Below the pieces are notes generated by a model. The model did no database searches. It was not told the DNA's origin and saw nothing but the letters and a program-made list of their open reading frames with translations. A stretch of 63,351 bases of DNA, filler included, from Hyphochytrium catenoides (lineage: Eukaryota; Protista; Hyphochytriomycota), in assembly GCA_900088475.1 (NCBI GenBank). It is 8 parts of 8 records of this genome, joined end to end, with 100 filler letters (N's around TTAATTAATTAA, not from the genome) between each part and the next. Parts side by side here need not be neighbours in the genome. Positions count along the whole stretch, not along the records: positions 15,536 to 23,744 come from FLMG01004520.1; positions 23,845 to 54,567 come from FLMG01004283.1; 6 more parts are not named here. One strand, given 5' to 3'. Both the position numbers and the translations under genes were made by a program. This document shows positions 23,596-37,052 of this stretch, piece after piece; the stretch's first letter is position 1; every line of letters starts with the position of its first letter.

Positions 23596-23744
23596 GAGGT
23601 CACCGACCGGAAGTCTGTCTATTAACCCACTCCACCGGGCCGTCAGCGTACATATTGTGACGCAAATGTCCCTGGTGAGTGCCTGTTGTGTTAGGCTACT
23701 GGGGAGAGAGAGAGGACGAGGTCACCGAACGGAAGTCTGTCTAT
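23596..23744 (+). repeat. 27-bp direct repeat, 122-bp period, at contig end
   Basis: GAGGTCACCGA(C/A)CGGAAGTCTGTCTAT at 23596-23622 and 23718-23744. Confidence 0.8.
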
Positions 23745-23844
23745 NNNNNNNNNNNNNNNNNNNNNNNNNNNNNNNNNNNNNNNNNNNNTTAATTAATTAA
23801 NNNNNNNNNNNNNNNNNNNNNNNNNNNNNNNNNNNNNNNNNNNN

Positions 23845-25863
23845 ACCTCCTACATCTTCCACGAGCACAGCACCAACTGGAAAGATTCTGATTCTCACCA
23901 TACCGTAAGCTTTAAGCACTTCTAGGATGCATAGATCTGAGAGACAAAAAGAGCAAAGGTGGGTCGCTTCTCAATGCCTTCTAGTGGATAGAAGGCATCC
24001 ATAACATTAAGGACATATGTGTTATTCATTCAAACTTTGTGTTATCCTTCCCGTCAAACCACCTCGGTACCGGTCAGGACTGTATATCGTGTCACACCCT
24101 ATTCATCTATGTGCCTTGATCTTTAGACAGGGCCTCAGCCAGTAACAACTTAATGAGAGCCCGTTTTATAGTAGTTTCGTAACATAAAGATGTCAACACG
24201 GCTCCTGTTGAGGCTCTGCCAGCGCAAGTAAAGGCTCTGCCTCGCAGGTACTAAAGCGGATAAAGTCTCGCTCCACAACTTGGAAGTGCCGTCGTAGGGC
24301 CATTGCCGCGTTCTCCCAGTCTGACTGTGGCACCAAGGTAAAGTCCTAGACGAAGTGGCAATCAAACGATTATACTAAGCCAGACCTGCAGCGAGACTAA
24401 CAGTAAAGCAAATCTCACCGTGGAATATGTACTGAGGTAGATGACCGTAGAGCCTGCTCCTGACAAAATGGAAGTCTGTCCAGCAACGATACCCGTCTCC
24501 GTGAAACCGAGGTTACTGCTTCCAACCTGGACTATCTTCCAAGCATGAGGAGACAGCATCTGCGAGGTGGCGGCCGCGTTAGGGTCCGAAAGAGTGGAAG
24601 AGACATGGAGCTATGAAAAGACATTGTGCGCCACAAGCAGTAAATAAACGATTACCAAGAATGGTAAGCGAAAGAGCCTAGAATAACGATAATAATCTGA
24701 TGAAGTATGAGCCTTAGCATCCAACGAGATCGAGTCAAGAGAGTCGAAATGTGACTAGCGCAGACGTAGTAACTGACCAGGCTTCCTTGCCTCTCCGCGT
24801 ATGCAATGAACTCCGCATCTGCAGTCAGGACGCAGATTTCATCATCTGTCTCTGTAAAACTAGCAAAGCTATTCTCCTTATCATTACAGAAGAACAGCTT
24901 CACGAGGGCATACATATGATCCTGTTCTGCCCCCTTCGGTATCGAAACTAGCTTGAAGGAGATGTTGGGCACCGTCAGTACATGTTGGTGGAGCGCTAGA
25001 CTCTCCTTGCACGAGAGTCTGGTATCATCTATGGACTCCACTTCTTCTAGAATGGCTCCTTGGGCATCTACCTCTACCGTAAACCGAGCTTGAAGGCATC
25101 GTATTGCATCTGCCAAGTCTTCATGCCTTACCAGAACTAGGCGACGCGAAAGAGGATAGCAGAGACAGAGGTGAGCTTCTAGATAGAATTATATACTCGC
25201 ACTCATGGCAAGCAGGACAGGGAGAGATTAAGACATTAGGGCCTCAAGCTAAAAAGTTTTAAGTGAGTTAGCAAAAAGGGCGGAAAACTTGGACGTATGA
25301 AGAGAATCCAGAGAGAGATGAGAACAAGAAAGGCAGAGATACGACGAGGGCGAGGATCTCAAGGTAAGACCCAGCAGGACCACAAGTGGCCATAGCAGGT
25401 TAGCTTGTCCTCTAACTATGTTACCTACCATAGTCTGTTTGGAAGGTGGAGATGAACAGGACAGATATGCTATCTAGAGCTAATGGTTCAGTGATTCTTT
25501 GTATGATGGCGACCTGGTCAAAGCCGGCAGCTCCTTCACTGATCTGTACCGCACACCAGGTCTCCTCAGCCGCCTGGTAGCTCTCTGAGGGGAAAAGGCT
25601 CAAAGAGTCAAGGTCTGCCACCAGGCTAACCTCATTTACAGTCTCGGCATAGCTAAAGAATCGACCACTATTACAGAAGGGAAAGGATGGAGCAGTCAGT
25701 AAGACTGAAAGAAAGGGGACAAGAAGCGCGCTCACCTCTGACTTGTGAAAAAGAATAATCTAAGGAAGGATGAGAGCAGCTCTTTCACGCATTTGTCTCT
25801 CTCAAAGGACGCTATCTTAAGGTTGTAAGGCAGCACGGTCAGGAGAATGTCGGAACACGACAT
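23845..25863 (-). CDS. CASTOR/GATSL-like multi-ACT-domain protein (multi-exon, 3' end lost at contig edge)
   Basis: ATG 25863: MSCSDILLTVLPYNLKIASFE...FLRLFFF / GRFFSYAETVNEVSLVAD...QISEGAAGFDQVAIIQRITEPLALDSISVLFISTFQTDY / LVKLFF...FASFTETDDEICVL / GFTETGIVA...VIYLSTYST. This is the repeated CASTOR ACT pattern. Confidence 0.8.
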
Positions 25864-27076
25864 AGTCAATCTCTCAATCCTGAGACGCGAAATCCCTTAT
25901 TTGAGCGGCGCTATTCTTCGTCTCTTGCTGGTTTACGTGGACAACGTGGACAACAGCAAGTGCAGAGATGACATCCCGATTCAAAGTTCGGTGCCCTCTG
26001 TCTGCAAGTCACGTCTTTCTTTGGTTTCTTATGCCAGCAATACAAGGCTATGTACTTGTGCCATCTAGGACGCCCTGTCAACCTCACAGTCAAGAGCGAG
26101 AAGTGGCTCTCAAGCTCTTTGTCAGTTAAATAAGAGATGAAGATGTGCCAGTGTGCCACCACCAACTCACCCCCACGTGTTCGCGCGGTTTATCACTACC
26201 CACACAACCGTTCGTTGGGAAGTCCAGAGACTATGGATTGTGATGGTCGGACAGCAGGGCTGGGCTGGGGTAGCGGACTCAAGGCTCTCAGGAGAGTCTG
26301 CGAGGCTGAGTTGGAGTTCCCCGATGCGGCTGATCGGTAAGACGCCGCACTTCAGATGGTCGGATGATAGAGAGTGGGTATAGGGAGGAGACGGGGACTT
26401 GAGTGGGCCGCTCTGTCTCCTCTCCACAATATGTCTTTTGAGTTCTAATGTGTGTCTCTCTCACGTCTTTCTCTCTCACTCTCTCTCTCTCTCTCTCTCT
26501 TTCTCTTTCTCTTCTTGGGTTTTCGCGCTTATCTTTGTTTGTGTCCCACTTTCCCGCCACCTCAACCACCCGCAGCCAGAGCATTTCTAGTCCTCCTAGG
26601 TAGCCGACGCCTACCCCGGTCTTTCCTCTTACATTAGTCTAGAGGTTTGCGAACGGGGGTACCTCCGTTGAGGAAAGATACGCTAGCAACTCCCTCCCTC
26701 CCTAAAGAAATTTCTCCCATCCTGTCCGTTAGGGGCTCTTCAGCGGTCTCATATGAACGCTATAGCGAGATTGTTAGTGAACAACAATTGACCACTACTC
26801 TTCAGGGATCTTTGATGATGCGGCGAATCTTCATCCAACAAACGGCTCCTACCCTAGGGATCTTCGACGGTCTGCATCTTCTCAGTCGTGGGAAGCTCCA
26901 GGTGCAGTTCATGTACCCTTCTCCATTCTGCGCCAGAACCTCTCCTTCCTTATATCTCTAAAAGGAAATTGATCCAGAACTTGGCTCCGCTAATGTCATT
27001 GCAGTCATTACTCCAACTTTTTGAGTGGTGTTAAGAAAACCTAGTTCAATCTAGGCAACGTCGCCCATTCGCAGCG

Positions 27077-28330
27077 ATGGCGTCTGGAGACTTCCTTCGA
27101 GGTAAGGTGGCGCTCGTCACCGGAGCTTCTTCAGGGATAGGTGAAGCTATTGCAAAAGCATTGGCTAGTCATGGCGCACATGTGGCCTTGGCTGCTCGAA
27201 GAACCACAGAGTTGGAGAAGGCAAGTCACATCAACCCCAAACCAGGAAAAATGGCAATGTCGCTCACAAGCCATTCTCTTTCAAGGTTAGAAGTGAGATT
27301 ATGGAGGGTAGTCCAAGCGCGAAAGTTATATTAGGAAAGGTCGATGTCACTGTTGTTGAGCAGGTGAATGGAAACAGCCCTTACCTTTGCCATATGATGC
27401 AAAGGGTGAATGGACTCATTCAGAGTACAGGTTAGAGGATTTGCTGAAGAGACAGTGCGGGAGCTTGGCGCAATAGACATCCTTGTCAACAACGGTACTA
27501 CTTGCAAATTTAAATGTAGACCAGAAGACGGACATGGTGCTAACATATTATCTTTGAACTGGTCAATGCTTCAGCTGGGGTTATGGTTTATCAGCTTATC
27601 AAAAATGCAGACGTGGCTACCTGGGATACGGTACGGTTTCTGAGTTTCATACTTCAGTCACCTTACAACCTAACCTTCTATTGTGCTGCAATTGTTAGAT
27701 GATAGATGTAAACTGCAAGGGCATGCTGCATACCATTGCCGCGGTTCTTCCTGACATGATCCAACGGAAGTCGGGGCATATCATCAACATCACGTCAGAT
27801 GCAGGGCGGAAGGTGCCAGTGACGCTATCGCACATCTGGCCTTTCTTGCTAATGAACTAACAAGGCTGTTTAGGTATTTCCTGGACTTGGAGTCTACTCA
27901 GGCACCAAAATGTTTATGGAAGCGGTCTCTCAAGCCATTCGCCTCGAGAATATTGGTTCCGGCCTAAGAGTGACATGCATACAGGTACAGGACTACAGGA
28001 TGCCAAGATATTGACATCTCTTCTGACGACATACTCTCTCACTTCAGCCAGGCAATGTAGCGACAAACCTTGTCAATCATAGCAACAAAGCGGCCGCTAA
28101 GGGGGATGAGGAGGCGATGAAGCGCTATGGAGAACCCTCAGGTCTGCCTCCTCGGTGATCACCTCATGCCTCGGTGATAGCCTCATGCTACTTGCACTTC
28201 ACTCCTTGCCTTAGGATACCAAGTTTTGGAGCCATCCAACGTCGCGGATGCAGTTCTATTCGCACTTAGCCAACCCAGCCATGTAGCCACCAATGAGATC
28301 TTAGTAGAACCAAGAGACGAACCAATATAA
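27077..28330 (+). CDS. Classical short-chain dehydrogenase/reductase (multi-exon)
   Basis: [41 protein letters not shown] catalytic motif, QPGNVAT; ends [19 protein letters not shown]. Confidence 0.93.
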
Positions 28331-28443
28331 CCCCAGCTTTGTCAGAGAAGAGATAGGTTGGGACAATGAAAGCCGAGTTAGAGCTATTCATATGCACTTC
28401 GAGTTCTTCTTTCTATGTACAAAAGTTATCTGGTCCTTGTCGT

Positions 28444-28850
28444 TTAGGCACCGCCTACGAGCAGCTCTATGATGATCACCAAAATGTTTGCAAAGATCAA
28501 TGGTACTGTGAGGAGACGAAGTCAGATGTTGTCCAGTTCCACAATCAGTTGAACTATAGAGAAGAACTTTGACAAACAACAGAAGTGTAAGGTCATGGGA
28601 ACTTACTCCGCAAGTACTGCACCGCTAGCAATAGACCAATCACCTGATTCTTCATCGTCTGCCCCTCCGAGGCGTCTATTTGATCCCAACCATCTTTTAC
28701 ATAATGGCTAGGGTGAGCAAACAAGAGATATTATGGGACACATATTGAAAATGTCGTACATTTCCGCAAGAATCTCTTCTCATGAAGGATCGCCACCGAG
28801 TTAGAGCAGAGGATGATGGCCTTGAAGAGGTTCCATAAGCTGAACGCCAT
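28444..28850 (-). CDS. IER3IP1: Yos1/IER3IP1 ER-Golgi transport protein (3 exons)
   Basis: MAFSLWNLFKAIILCSNSVAILHEKRFLRK / YGWDQIDASEGQTMKNQVIGLLLAVQYLR / IPLIFANILVIIIELLVGGA*. Confidence 0.88.
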
Positions 28851-29631
28851 CTTTTGCCCCTCAACCACGTTGTCAGAAGCTATCAGTTGTCCGCGGCACC
28901 AAACGTCGGATCTCCTTCCGCCAATAAAGAGTTCCTCTGCTTTGAAGAGAGCTGTGACTCCTTGCTCGAGTACCGGTCCTTGTGCCTCACTCAATCAATA
29001 GAAAGGCCATCACGCGTACAGTAGGGAAGTCCTTTATAACTCAATCTGAATTGTTTCATGTTTCAGGAAGCAGAAACTCCATAAATCTCTTGCAGACTTG
29101 GCGACCTGCACCTATCCTCTCTGGCAATCACAAAAGAGAGTTAGCCGTTAGCTTCCCTTTGTCAGTTAGCGGCTATAGAGCCGCCAAAAAGCGTTCAACT
29201 CAAAAACCGATTGTATTTACAGTATTCAGAGGTTGGGCCGTTTTCTTCAAAATAGAAGGTTGCCTATGGTCTTCCAAGAGAATCATGACTGAGTAGAACT
29301 CTGAAAAGATTTTATAAACTCCGTAAACTTTCTTTTTCCCGACTCCCAAAGTCCGTGGCGTCATCGATGGACTGCTGGTGATCTGGTAGCTATTTCTTAA
29401 TCTCACGAGGGCCTCAGTCTGCGGTCAGATATAGAGTAATTGTGACTAGCAGGAAGCCTTACCTCATCGAGAGGTATAAACTGCACGTGGCGGACTCCAT
29501 ATTCACAACTGCTTCTAACTCGAGGGTTCGCGTTGCGGATTTGATCCGGCCAAAGGCATCTTTAGTAGTAATGCCGATGCAGAAATAGCGCCCAGTGCGC
29601 AGTGTTCTACCACTAGTAGACTTCGCAAAAG

Positions 29632-32268
29632 ATGGGTGTGACAGGCCTCTTGCAATGCATCAAGTCGGTGACGGATCGGGTCCGCATCACGAAGTATGCG
29701 GGAAAGACTGCCGCTATTGATGCCCTTGCATGGTCAGTACTCTTTATCCATTTGCCGCTATGTACAGTAGATCCCTCACTACGAAGCAGGCTTCATAGAG
29801 GAGCGTACGGCTGTTCGCACGACCTATGTCAAGGCATTCCTACCGACTTGTACGTACCTTTTCCTCTAAGTCGGAAGGCAACTTTGCTTGTCCGAAGCTA
29901 ATCTCTCCTTGCCCAGCTACCTCCGATTTTGCCTAGACCGCATTGAGCTCTTACGCCAGCATGGTGTCAAGCCCATTATGGTGTTTGACGGCGCATACAT
30001 CTCTGCTAAACAGGATACCGCTTTTAAAAGGATGAAGTGAGTAGACATTCCCATCATTCATAACGGACTTGGCTGATGGCCTAACAATTACCTCTAGGCA
30101 GAAGAAGGAGAATCGCGAGCTGGTAACTCTGCCCCACTATGGTCTTATAAGGTTTTCGCCTACTAATAACGGTTGGACTGTGCGATAGGGGCTGAAGCTA
30201 CTGAAGGCTGGTAAGGAGAGTGAAGGACGGGCACAACTGTCAAGGGCTGTGACTATTGGGCCCGAGATGGTCCACGCACTGATCAAGGTAAGTTCCTTTT
30301 CATACTGGCTTGTCCGGCCCGGTATACGGCTCGAAGCGTAATCTATTTATCTGCAGGCCCTAAAGAAGAGAAACGTGGAAATCCTAGTAGCCCCGTATGA
30401 GGCAGATGCGCAGTTGGCATTCTTGTCAAGGTGAGAGCTTGAACTGAAGGCGGAGACTGTTAATATAACTCGAACCGCATACAGGGTCGGCGTTGCGGAT
30501 GTCGTCATCTCCGAAGACTCGGATTTGATTGCCTATGGATGTAGAGCGGTAAGCTCCTCTTGGCTAACATCAATACAGTAAAAGCTCACTTGCGATTGAA
30601 AATTGCGCCTTTTGACGTACCTACCTCAGTCTAATATCTGGTTCGGCTATATCGCTGAATCCCTCATATACTTTTCGTCCTCATCAGGTGCTTTTTAAAA
30701 TGGACAGCCTAGGTTATGGGGATGAAGTCCGCTGGCGGAATCTTGGCGCTAACGAAGATCCAAGCTTTCTTAATTGGACAGAGGACATGGTCAGTTCCAG
30801 GAACTAGTACATCTACGGTTGTTGCGGGTTCTTACCTTGCTTCTTGGCTGTGGCAAAGATGATTGCAATGTGCATTCTCGCTGGCTGCGACTACTGCCCT
30901 GGAATACCAGGAGTTGGGCTTAAACGAGCACACAGGATTGTGATGGACAACAAGGATCCACCGGCAATTCTGCGTAATGTCAGCACCCAGTTTCAGGACA
31001 AAATCCCCGAGAACTACGCCGAGCACTTTTTGAAAGCTTTTCTTACCTTTAAATGCCAGCGGGTATTTGACCCATTGACAGGGGTGAGGTCCGCTATTCT
31101 TCATACTCTATGACTGTTGGAGCTTACCCTATTGCTCCTCATTCCGCTCAGTGCGTAGTCACTCTCAACCCTATTCCTGCTGACGCGAAAAAATGGGTCC
31201 AAGACGGAAACTTCGACTTTTTAGGCAAGTCCCTGCCCCGACCACTTGCTCGAGCCATTGCTTCTGGCGAGATTAATCCGTGCACGTTGGAGCCCTACCC
31301 ACCTGTGAAACTAGAACTGAATGAAGAAGAGGACGAGATGGCATCGCAACTAGACGAGGTCGGAGTACGGGCTAGTTGTTTTATTTCCTTGGCCCTCCGC
31401 CCAGGCATCACTCATCTCTTTCGCTAGACAATATATTGTTCTCTCGAGCGTTTGCCCCATATCGCTCTCTGTCTCGGTGCTGCGAAAAGAGACCTGAGTG
31501 TTAATTCCTGATTATGTACAGGCCAAGGAGAATGATGTGCCGCTGCAGAGCCCTGTGCAGGTGAAGGTCCCTTCATTTAGTAAACGGAATTGGAAGAAGC
31601 GGAGTGCCACCGCCATGGAAGACCCTACGGCTTCCCTGCAGTCACGTCAGCTCCCCAGCAGCGCTCAACAGCACCAAGAACCACGACTACTGGGACCCCT
31701 TGCCGGCAAAGCCTTGAAGTCGTCCTACCTCAGGTCTTTCTCGAGCAACCTTGTGAGCGAGAACCTTACCTTTCTCAAAAGTGCAGACCTTGGAAACTAC
31801 AGTAAGCTCGTTTGGCCATTTCCTAAGAAGTTATAGCCGCTTAACCTCTTGCTGTGGGGAGACCTGAGAAAGCTCTGCCTGGAAGGAACAATACCTCAAG
31901 CTCTATCGAAGCAGCAGGCAGGCCCTATCAGCCGAGGGGCCCATTATGCAGTAGAGTACCCCCCTACCGGCCAGACTACTGCCAGGAAGACAAGCTTTAC
32001 GATCAGTCTGCGGCAGAACCTGAGCCCAGCAAGCCTCTCAGACGGGGGCCAAAATATCTTTCAAGACGCTTTCCATAAGGTCTTAGCTCAACCAAGTGGG
32101 GCGCCAGCGGCTAGGGAGTCGCAACCATCAATGGCCGTGGGCTTCACCCTGGAGGCAACGAAGGCAGCCTCCACCTTGGCTGAGGAGGAGGAGGCGTATC
32201 TCTTAGCCGATTTTTATGAGCGAAAGTGGGATGACCTTCTATTAGAGGGTGAAGATCTCTGTCCGTAG
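29632..32268 (+). CDS. EXO1: Exonuclease 1 (XPG/Rad2 family), multi-exon
   Basis: MGVTGLL, AAIDALAWLHRG, IMVFDGA, VAPYEADAQLAFL, VISEDSDL, MCILAGCDYCPGIPGVGLKRAH, FKCQRVFDP. The disordered C-terminal exons and 3' end are less certain. Confidence 0.92.
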
Positions 32269-32462
32269 TTTCTGCTGAAACGATCTCTGTCCGCAATTTC
32301 TGCTGAAACCATAGTCGTTTTCTTGTCGAATCACCTATGTGAGTGCATCATGTTTTCTCTCCACTTTCTGTCCAGCTCAACAGCAACCAAGAGTACATTC
32401 CCAGGGCGTGCGATAATAAATAAGTGGCTATAATCTTTATGTGCTATTCGGTCTACTTCCTA

Positions 32463-33564
32463 TCATAGTCCGAATAGATGCTTCTTGTTTTTCTTCTTCG
32501 CTGCCTTGGCCATTGCAACCTCCACATTCCGGTCCTTCCACTTGCTCTTGCGAAGCTTTACTGGTCGATTGCCAATGTAACGTCCATTCATTTCCCTGAG
32601 GGCCTGGGCACAATCAAAGGGATCCGCAAAGCTCACAAAGCCGTAACCTACATGTGGTATTGTGTTTAGCCACAAAGAGAACCCTTTGCTCAGTACTTTT
32701 CCTCAGACAGCCCGGTAACTATGGCATTCCTTCCTCGCATGATCCTTCCTCGCCCCCGAAGGTTACTCTCATAAGCAAGCATTCGTATTGCCCTGCCCAG
32801 CTTCCCCTTCGTCCACCCTTTCTCCTCCCACAGTTCAAACCAGAAGTAAACTTCTTCATGAAAGTTCTGACCTTTGGATTTGTGCGTATGTTTATCTCTG
32901 ATGACTCTTGATCTTTGGAAAGACGGATACTTCGAGAAAGCATGAGCTAAGAGCTCGTCAGATACATCGTTACCGAGATCGCCACAGAACAACCGGAAGT
33001 CATTATCCGGCCAATCCGCAAGAGTAGGATCCGCCCATACTTCTCCTCCTATTGAGAGGGCAGCAATGTAAGGTAAGTAAACTTCGACCAGGGCTTTGAG
33101 AGAACGAAACTACTACCTGCTGCTCGCACTACCGCTTTTTTCTTTGCGGCCTGCTTCTCGCTCTGACCGCCCCAGTAAGCTTGCTGAGGCTGAACCCCGA
33201 ATGCCTGAGCGCCATGAGGATGGGATCCGAAAGGTCCATTAAACTGAGAAGTTGCAGGAACGGTCGGAGGGTTTGAGCTTGGGGTGATATTCTGATATAG
33301 AGGTTGCGTTGTTGGCGCAGTCGAGTGGTTAGTCGTCGGAACTACCGTAGATCCGCTGTTTTGAGTTACTTTTGGCGGTGCAGCAATAATTTGAGGCTTC
33401 GCTGCAACCACGACGGTCGTCGGCTTGAGCTTCTTTTTAGGGCGTGTCGCCTCCTTTTCTTCCTCTAACTTACTCTCTCCGTTACCGTTCTCGGCAGTGT
33501 TTTCGCTGGTCTTCTTGGTCAGAGCCTCGATCTCAGCTTGAAACAGCGCGAAAGGATCATCCAT
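32463..33564 (-). CDS. RBM42: RNA-binding protein 42 homolog (RRM, tri-snRNP), 3 exons
   Basis: VRAAGGEVWADPTLADWPDNDFRLFCGDLGNDVSDELLAHAFSKYPSF...KSKGYGFVSFADP...REMNGRYIGNRPVKLRKSKWKDR. Confidence 0.92.
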
Positions 33565-34393
33565 ACTTGTTCTTCTTACACAGCGTGGGCCGTTCTGGCT
33601 TATGCTTCTGGGCACTTATGAACAAGCGACTGCTAATGCGAGCACAACGCTTCGTTCAAGAGAGACTAAAATTCTTGATCCTAGAGTTGTAGCCCAAAGA
33701 TGAATATTCTGTAGGGCATCCAATACCCAGAGACGTCTTTATGAGAGGCAACTTGTCATGATTCGATTGAGCGATGCCTCCGTCCGTTAAATGTGTATGT
33801 TCATCCCAGTGACCTCAGTGACCTTGTAGTTCTATTACTCGTAAGGTCTCCACATCCGAAGCTTCAAAATGCCTGGACAAATACGCTTTTTTTGGCAGAA
33901 CATGGATGATTTGTTGGTGTTGAAATCGATGAGGACAACCAATCCCTTGTTGATAATCAACGGCCGAGCTAGTCAGTTACCACGTATCCTCCTATGATCA
34001 GAATGATCAGACACAAAGGGACAGAGTGAGTCACAACAAAAGACTTTTTCTACGAGTAGTAATAAAGCTGGTGCTTTTCAGATTTGCTGTTCAAACCTTG
34101 GCAATGAGATTTGAGCTTGTTCGCTCTTGCTTTGGGAGCAGAGGTTTTTAGACATTGGTGGGACTTGTCTCGCTTCCTATAGGCCTGTCATCAGGTTAAC
34201 AGCGGTTCGCACCAGGTTATTAGGTAGTATAAGGTGATTGGTCGTTTGGTTACAGATCTTGATGGTTCCGGGCTGATCATCGCTCGTTGTGCTGCAAAGG
34301 CACGCGAGACGGAGTACTCTTCTGAGAACGCGCGCACATCTGTTCACTTGAGCTCATAATAATAACAAGACGTTACTCAGGCCATCAAAGATA

Positions 34394-34960
34394 ATGCTGC
34401 GGCAGCCGGGCTTTCTGCTGCCATGCCTGACGCCTGACCCTACAGATGGTAGGAGCATCGCTTTCTGTAGCCTTGCTGGTGCTAATAGCTAGTGCTAATA
34501 GCTTGTCCTAACTTACGCCACCGATCGAAGTCTGGCTATCAGGCAATCCAATAGACGAAGCCCAGGAGTTAGACGACCTGGAGCGTGAAATAGAGGATAA
34601 GGTAGCAACACCTCTTTAAGGCCGGTATGTACCCTATTATTACTTTCGCTCACTCCCGTCCCGTATTGCAGTTTGACGCTATCAGAAAGTGTCAAGCGCC
34701 ACAACCCGTTGGGCTTTCAGCAGCCGTGAGGGAGTGTGAGGAAGAGCATGGCGCACTAGACATGGACGATGAAGAGGAAGAAGAAGATGAACTTGCGGAC
34801 GAAGAGGCCAACGAAGAAGACATGGATCTCGGTGATGAGAGTGATGTGGAAGGGTTTGAAGAGGTGTGTTTTGCTTGCAGTAGTAGCTTTAGCGGACTGT
34901 CTCTAAGTGGTTCTTAACACCGTGCAGGTATCAGATGAGGATGAAACTGGCGCCTACTAG
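34394..34960 (+). CDS. APC15/Mnd2-like small acidic protein (4 exons)
   Basis: Spliced reading MLRQPGFLLPCLTPDPTD/VWLSGNPIDEAQELDDLEREIEDK/FDAIRKCQAPQPVG + D/E-rich tail. It follows the APC15 layout (PxLxP..W..PxxExxEL...PIG + acidic tail). Confidence 0.6.
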
Positions 34961-35228
34961 ATAATCAGAAGCCTCCACAGCACTTTTTCTCAATGCTGCT
35001 CTAGCGCTCCCCACGTAACTATTTATGACGACAGCTAACATACACGGCTTTTGGCTTCGGGATCAACTTGAACACCATCAGTCAGTTCTATCGTGTCCAG
35101 GGATCTGGGGCAACCTTAGCGCTCTTGTATCGACCATCTAACAGGGATCCAATCCTTCTGTTTCTTGGAATAGTTTCGGTTCCCTATTGCCCTGCTGCCG
35201 CGACAGGGAAGCATAGTGCCTCCATAAA

Positions 35229-35686
35229 TTAGTTTCTCACAGCGCCGACATCCTTCAGATACTTTTCTCTGGCCTCACGTTCTAATTCCGGATTAACTTT
35301 GCCAGTGACGGGGTCCGTACCAAGCGGCCGCCGGAAGAGCAGGATATGTGGCTCTGGTCTAAGATCAATAGAGGCGAAACATGCTTTAGCGTCTGTGGCA
35401 AGAGCCCACGTAAAGGTTAGAGACAACGTATTACCTGTGAATGGCGTAGTGAACCCATCCACGGCTCTGCTGAACACCGATTCCCCGCCATTCATTCTCT
35501 GTCAGAAGCCTCTGCTTAGGCAGCATCTTGGCGAGCTCTTTTGGAAGTATAACATGCCTATGTCAAAGAAAGATGACAAGCATGAGGGTTTACTACTCTT
35601 TCCACCACCTGGCTCCCATTATAAATGTACCTGTATTCATGCTTGTCATCCATGTACTTCTCAGAGTACTCAATGCGCGAAGTCAT
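35229..35686 (-). CDS. CKS1: Cyclin-dependent kinase regulatory subunit (3 exons)
   Basis: [72 protein letters not shown]. Confidence 0.95.
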
Positions 35687-37052
35687 GTCATGTGAAGGCA
35701 TGGTTGGACTGGATATGAGGTACTCTGTTAGTTTGTTAAAGCCGACGGAGCTTCGTTCAGACCTGTACGACTAGCCCTCTCTCAAACTCGTACCTCGGCT
35801 GACTTGGGAGCTTGCTCAATATGGGATCGAGGATTCACAACCCGAAGTCCTTAGAAGGTTGTTTCGAAGGGGATCTCTAGCTCCTAGTCCTGAGCAAGCC
35901 GTGAGCAGTACCAGGCGGCTGTGAAGCTCTGCTTATCGCAAGTGAATACGGAGATGCGGGTCGAAGGATTGCCTTTTTGGAAGCCAAGTGTAGCAAGATT
36001 GAAAGAGAGTGAATGAGACCTGATAGAAGTAGAGGGAAAGGGCGATTATGAGAGTGTTGATAATGGCGTAGGCGGTAACCTTCGTCAGACAGAGTGGGAA
36101 CTAGATGGGGACTCTACGAGGGAGACAGAGCTACTATGAGATTCATAGAAGGCTCAGCACAGCACGTACATAGAAAGAGACAGAGCGACAAAGAAAGGAG
36201 AGGGACGCCCACAAACACAGAAATGTGAAGAACTTTTGATGGCGCGCCAGCAAGCTCTTTCCCACCCGCCNNNNNNNNNNNNNNNNNNNNNNNNNNNNNN
36301 NNNNNNNNNNNNNNNNNNNNNNNNNNNNNNNNNNNNNNNNNNNNNNNNNNNNNNNNNNNNNNNNNNNNNNNNNNNNNNNNNNNNACGGTCATCTTTTCAA
36401 ATCTTCACCAGATGACCTTCGTGGAGATCTGAATGAGATCCGCAAAAATCCTCGAAGAGGTGAGACCTGATGAGCATCGTGAGCTCTTCTTCCAAGACCT
36501 TGGAGGTTGGAGTGAGACATAGGGGCCAACCGATGCTCTCATATCTAGATATACTTTCAAGAACTAGTAGTAGCTGTCCACGCTATACATTTCGGAGGAA
36601 GGAAAGGCGACGGGAACTGAATGAGCACTCAACCTCGATGTTTCATCACCTTTGGCATCGGCCACTAATAAAACATATGCCACATGCTGCAAAGAAGATA
36701 GTACATGGAGGAAGGAGACCAGAGTTTGCATGGGGTTGTCGGTCAAGGTCTAGTTTTTCGGATGCTTCCCACTTCTTTCACCCCTAAACCCTTCAGAGTG
36801 GCCGTCATTCGACTTCTTACTTCATATCAAAGGACATCAGTTCTGGCGTAGTTGCATCATTCTCTCATGAAGGTCCAGCTATTAGTTGTAGCTTTTTAAC
36901 GCTTCATTTCCTGCACAAGAGGGGTGTCGAAGCAAAAATATATTGAAACACATCCCTGTTTCGCCGACGTCACTCTTCTTCGCTTCAATTCCATGCACAA
37001 CATAATAGCATGATAGAGACATGAGACCGCACTCCTTTTATTCTGTCAATCC

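Noticed and set aside
26167-26427. Upstream ORF as part of the CASTOR-like gene
   Set aside because: GTG start and no similarity; CASTOR-like sequence begins at ATG 25863.
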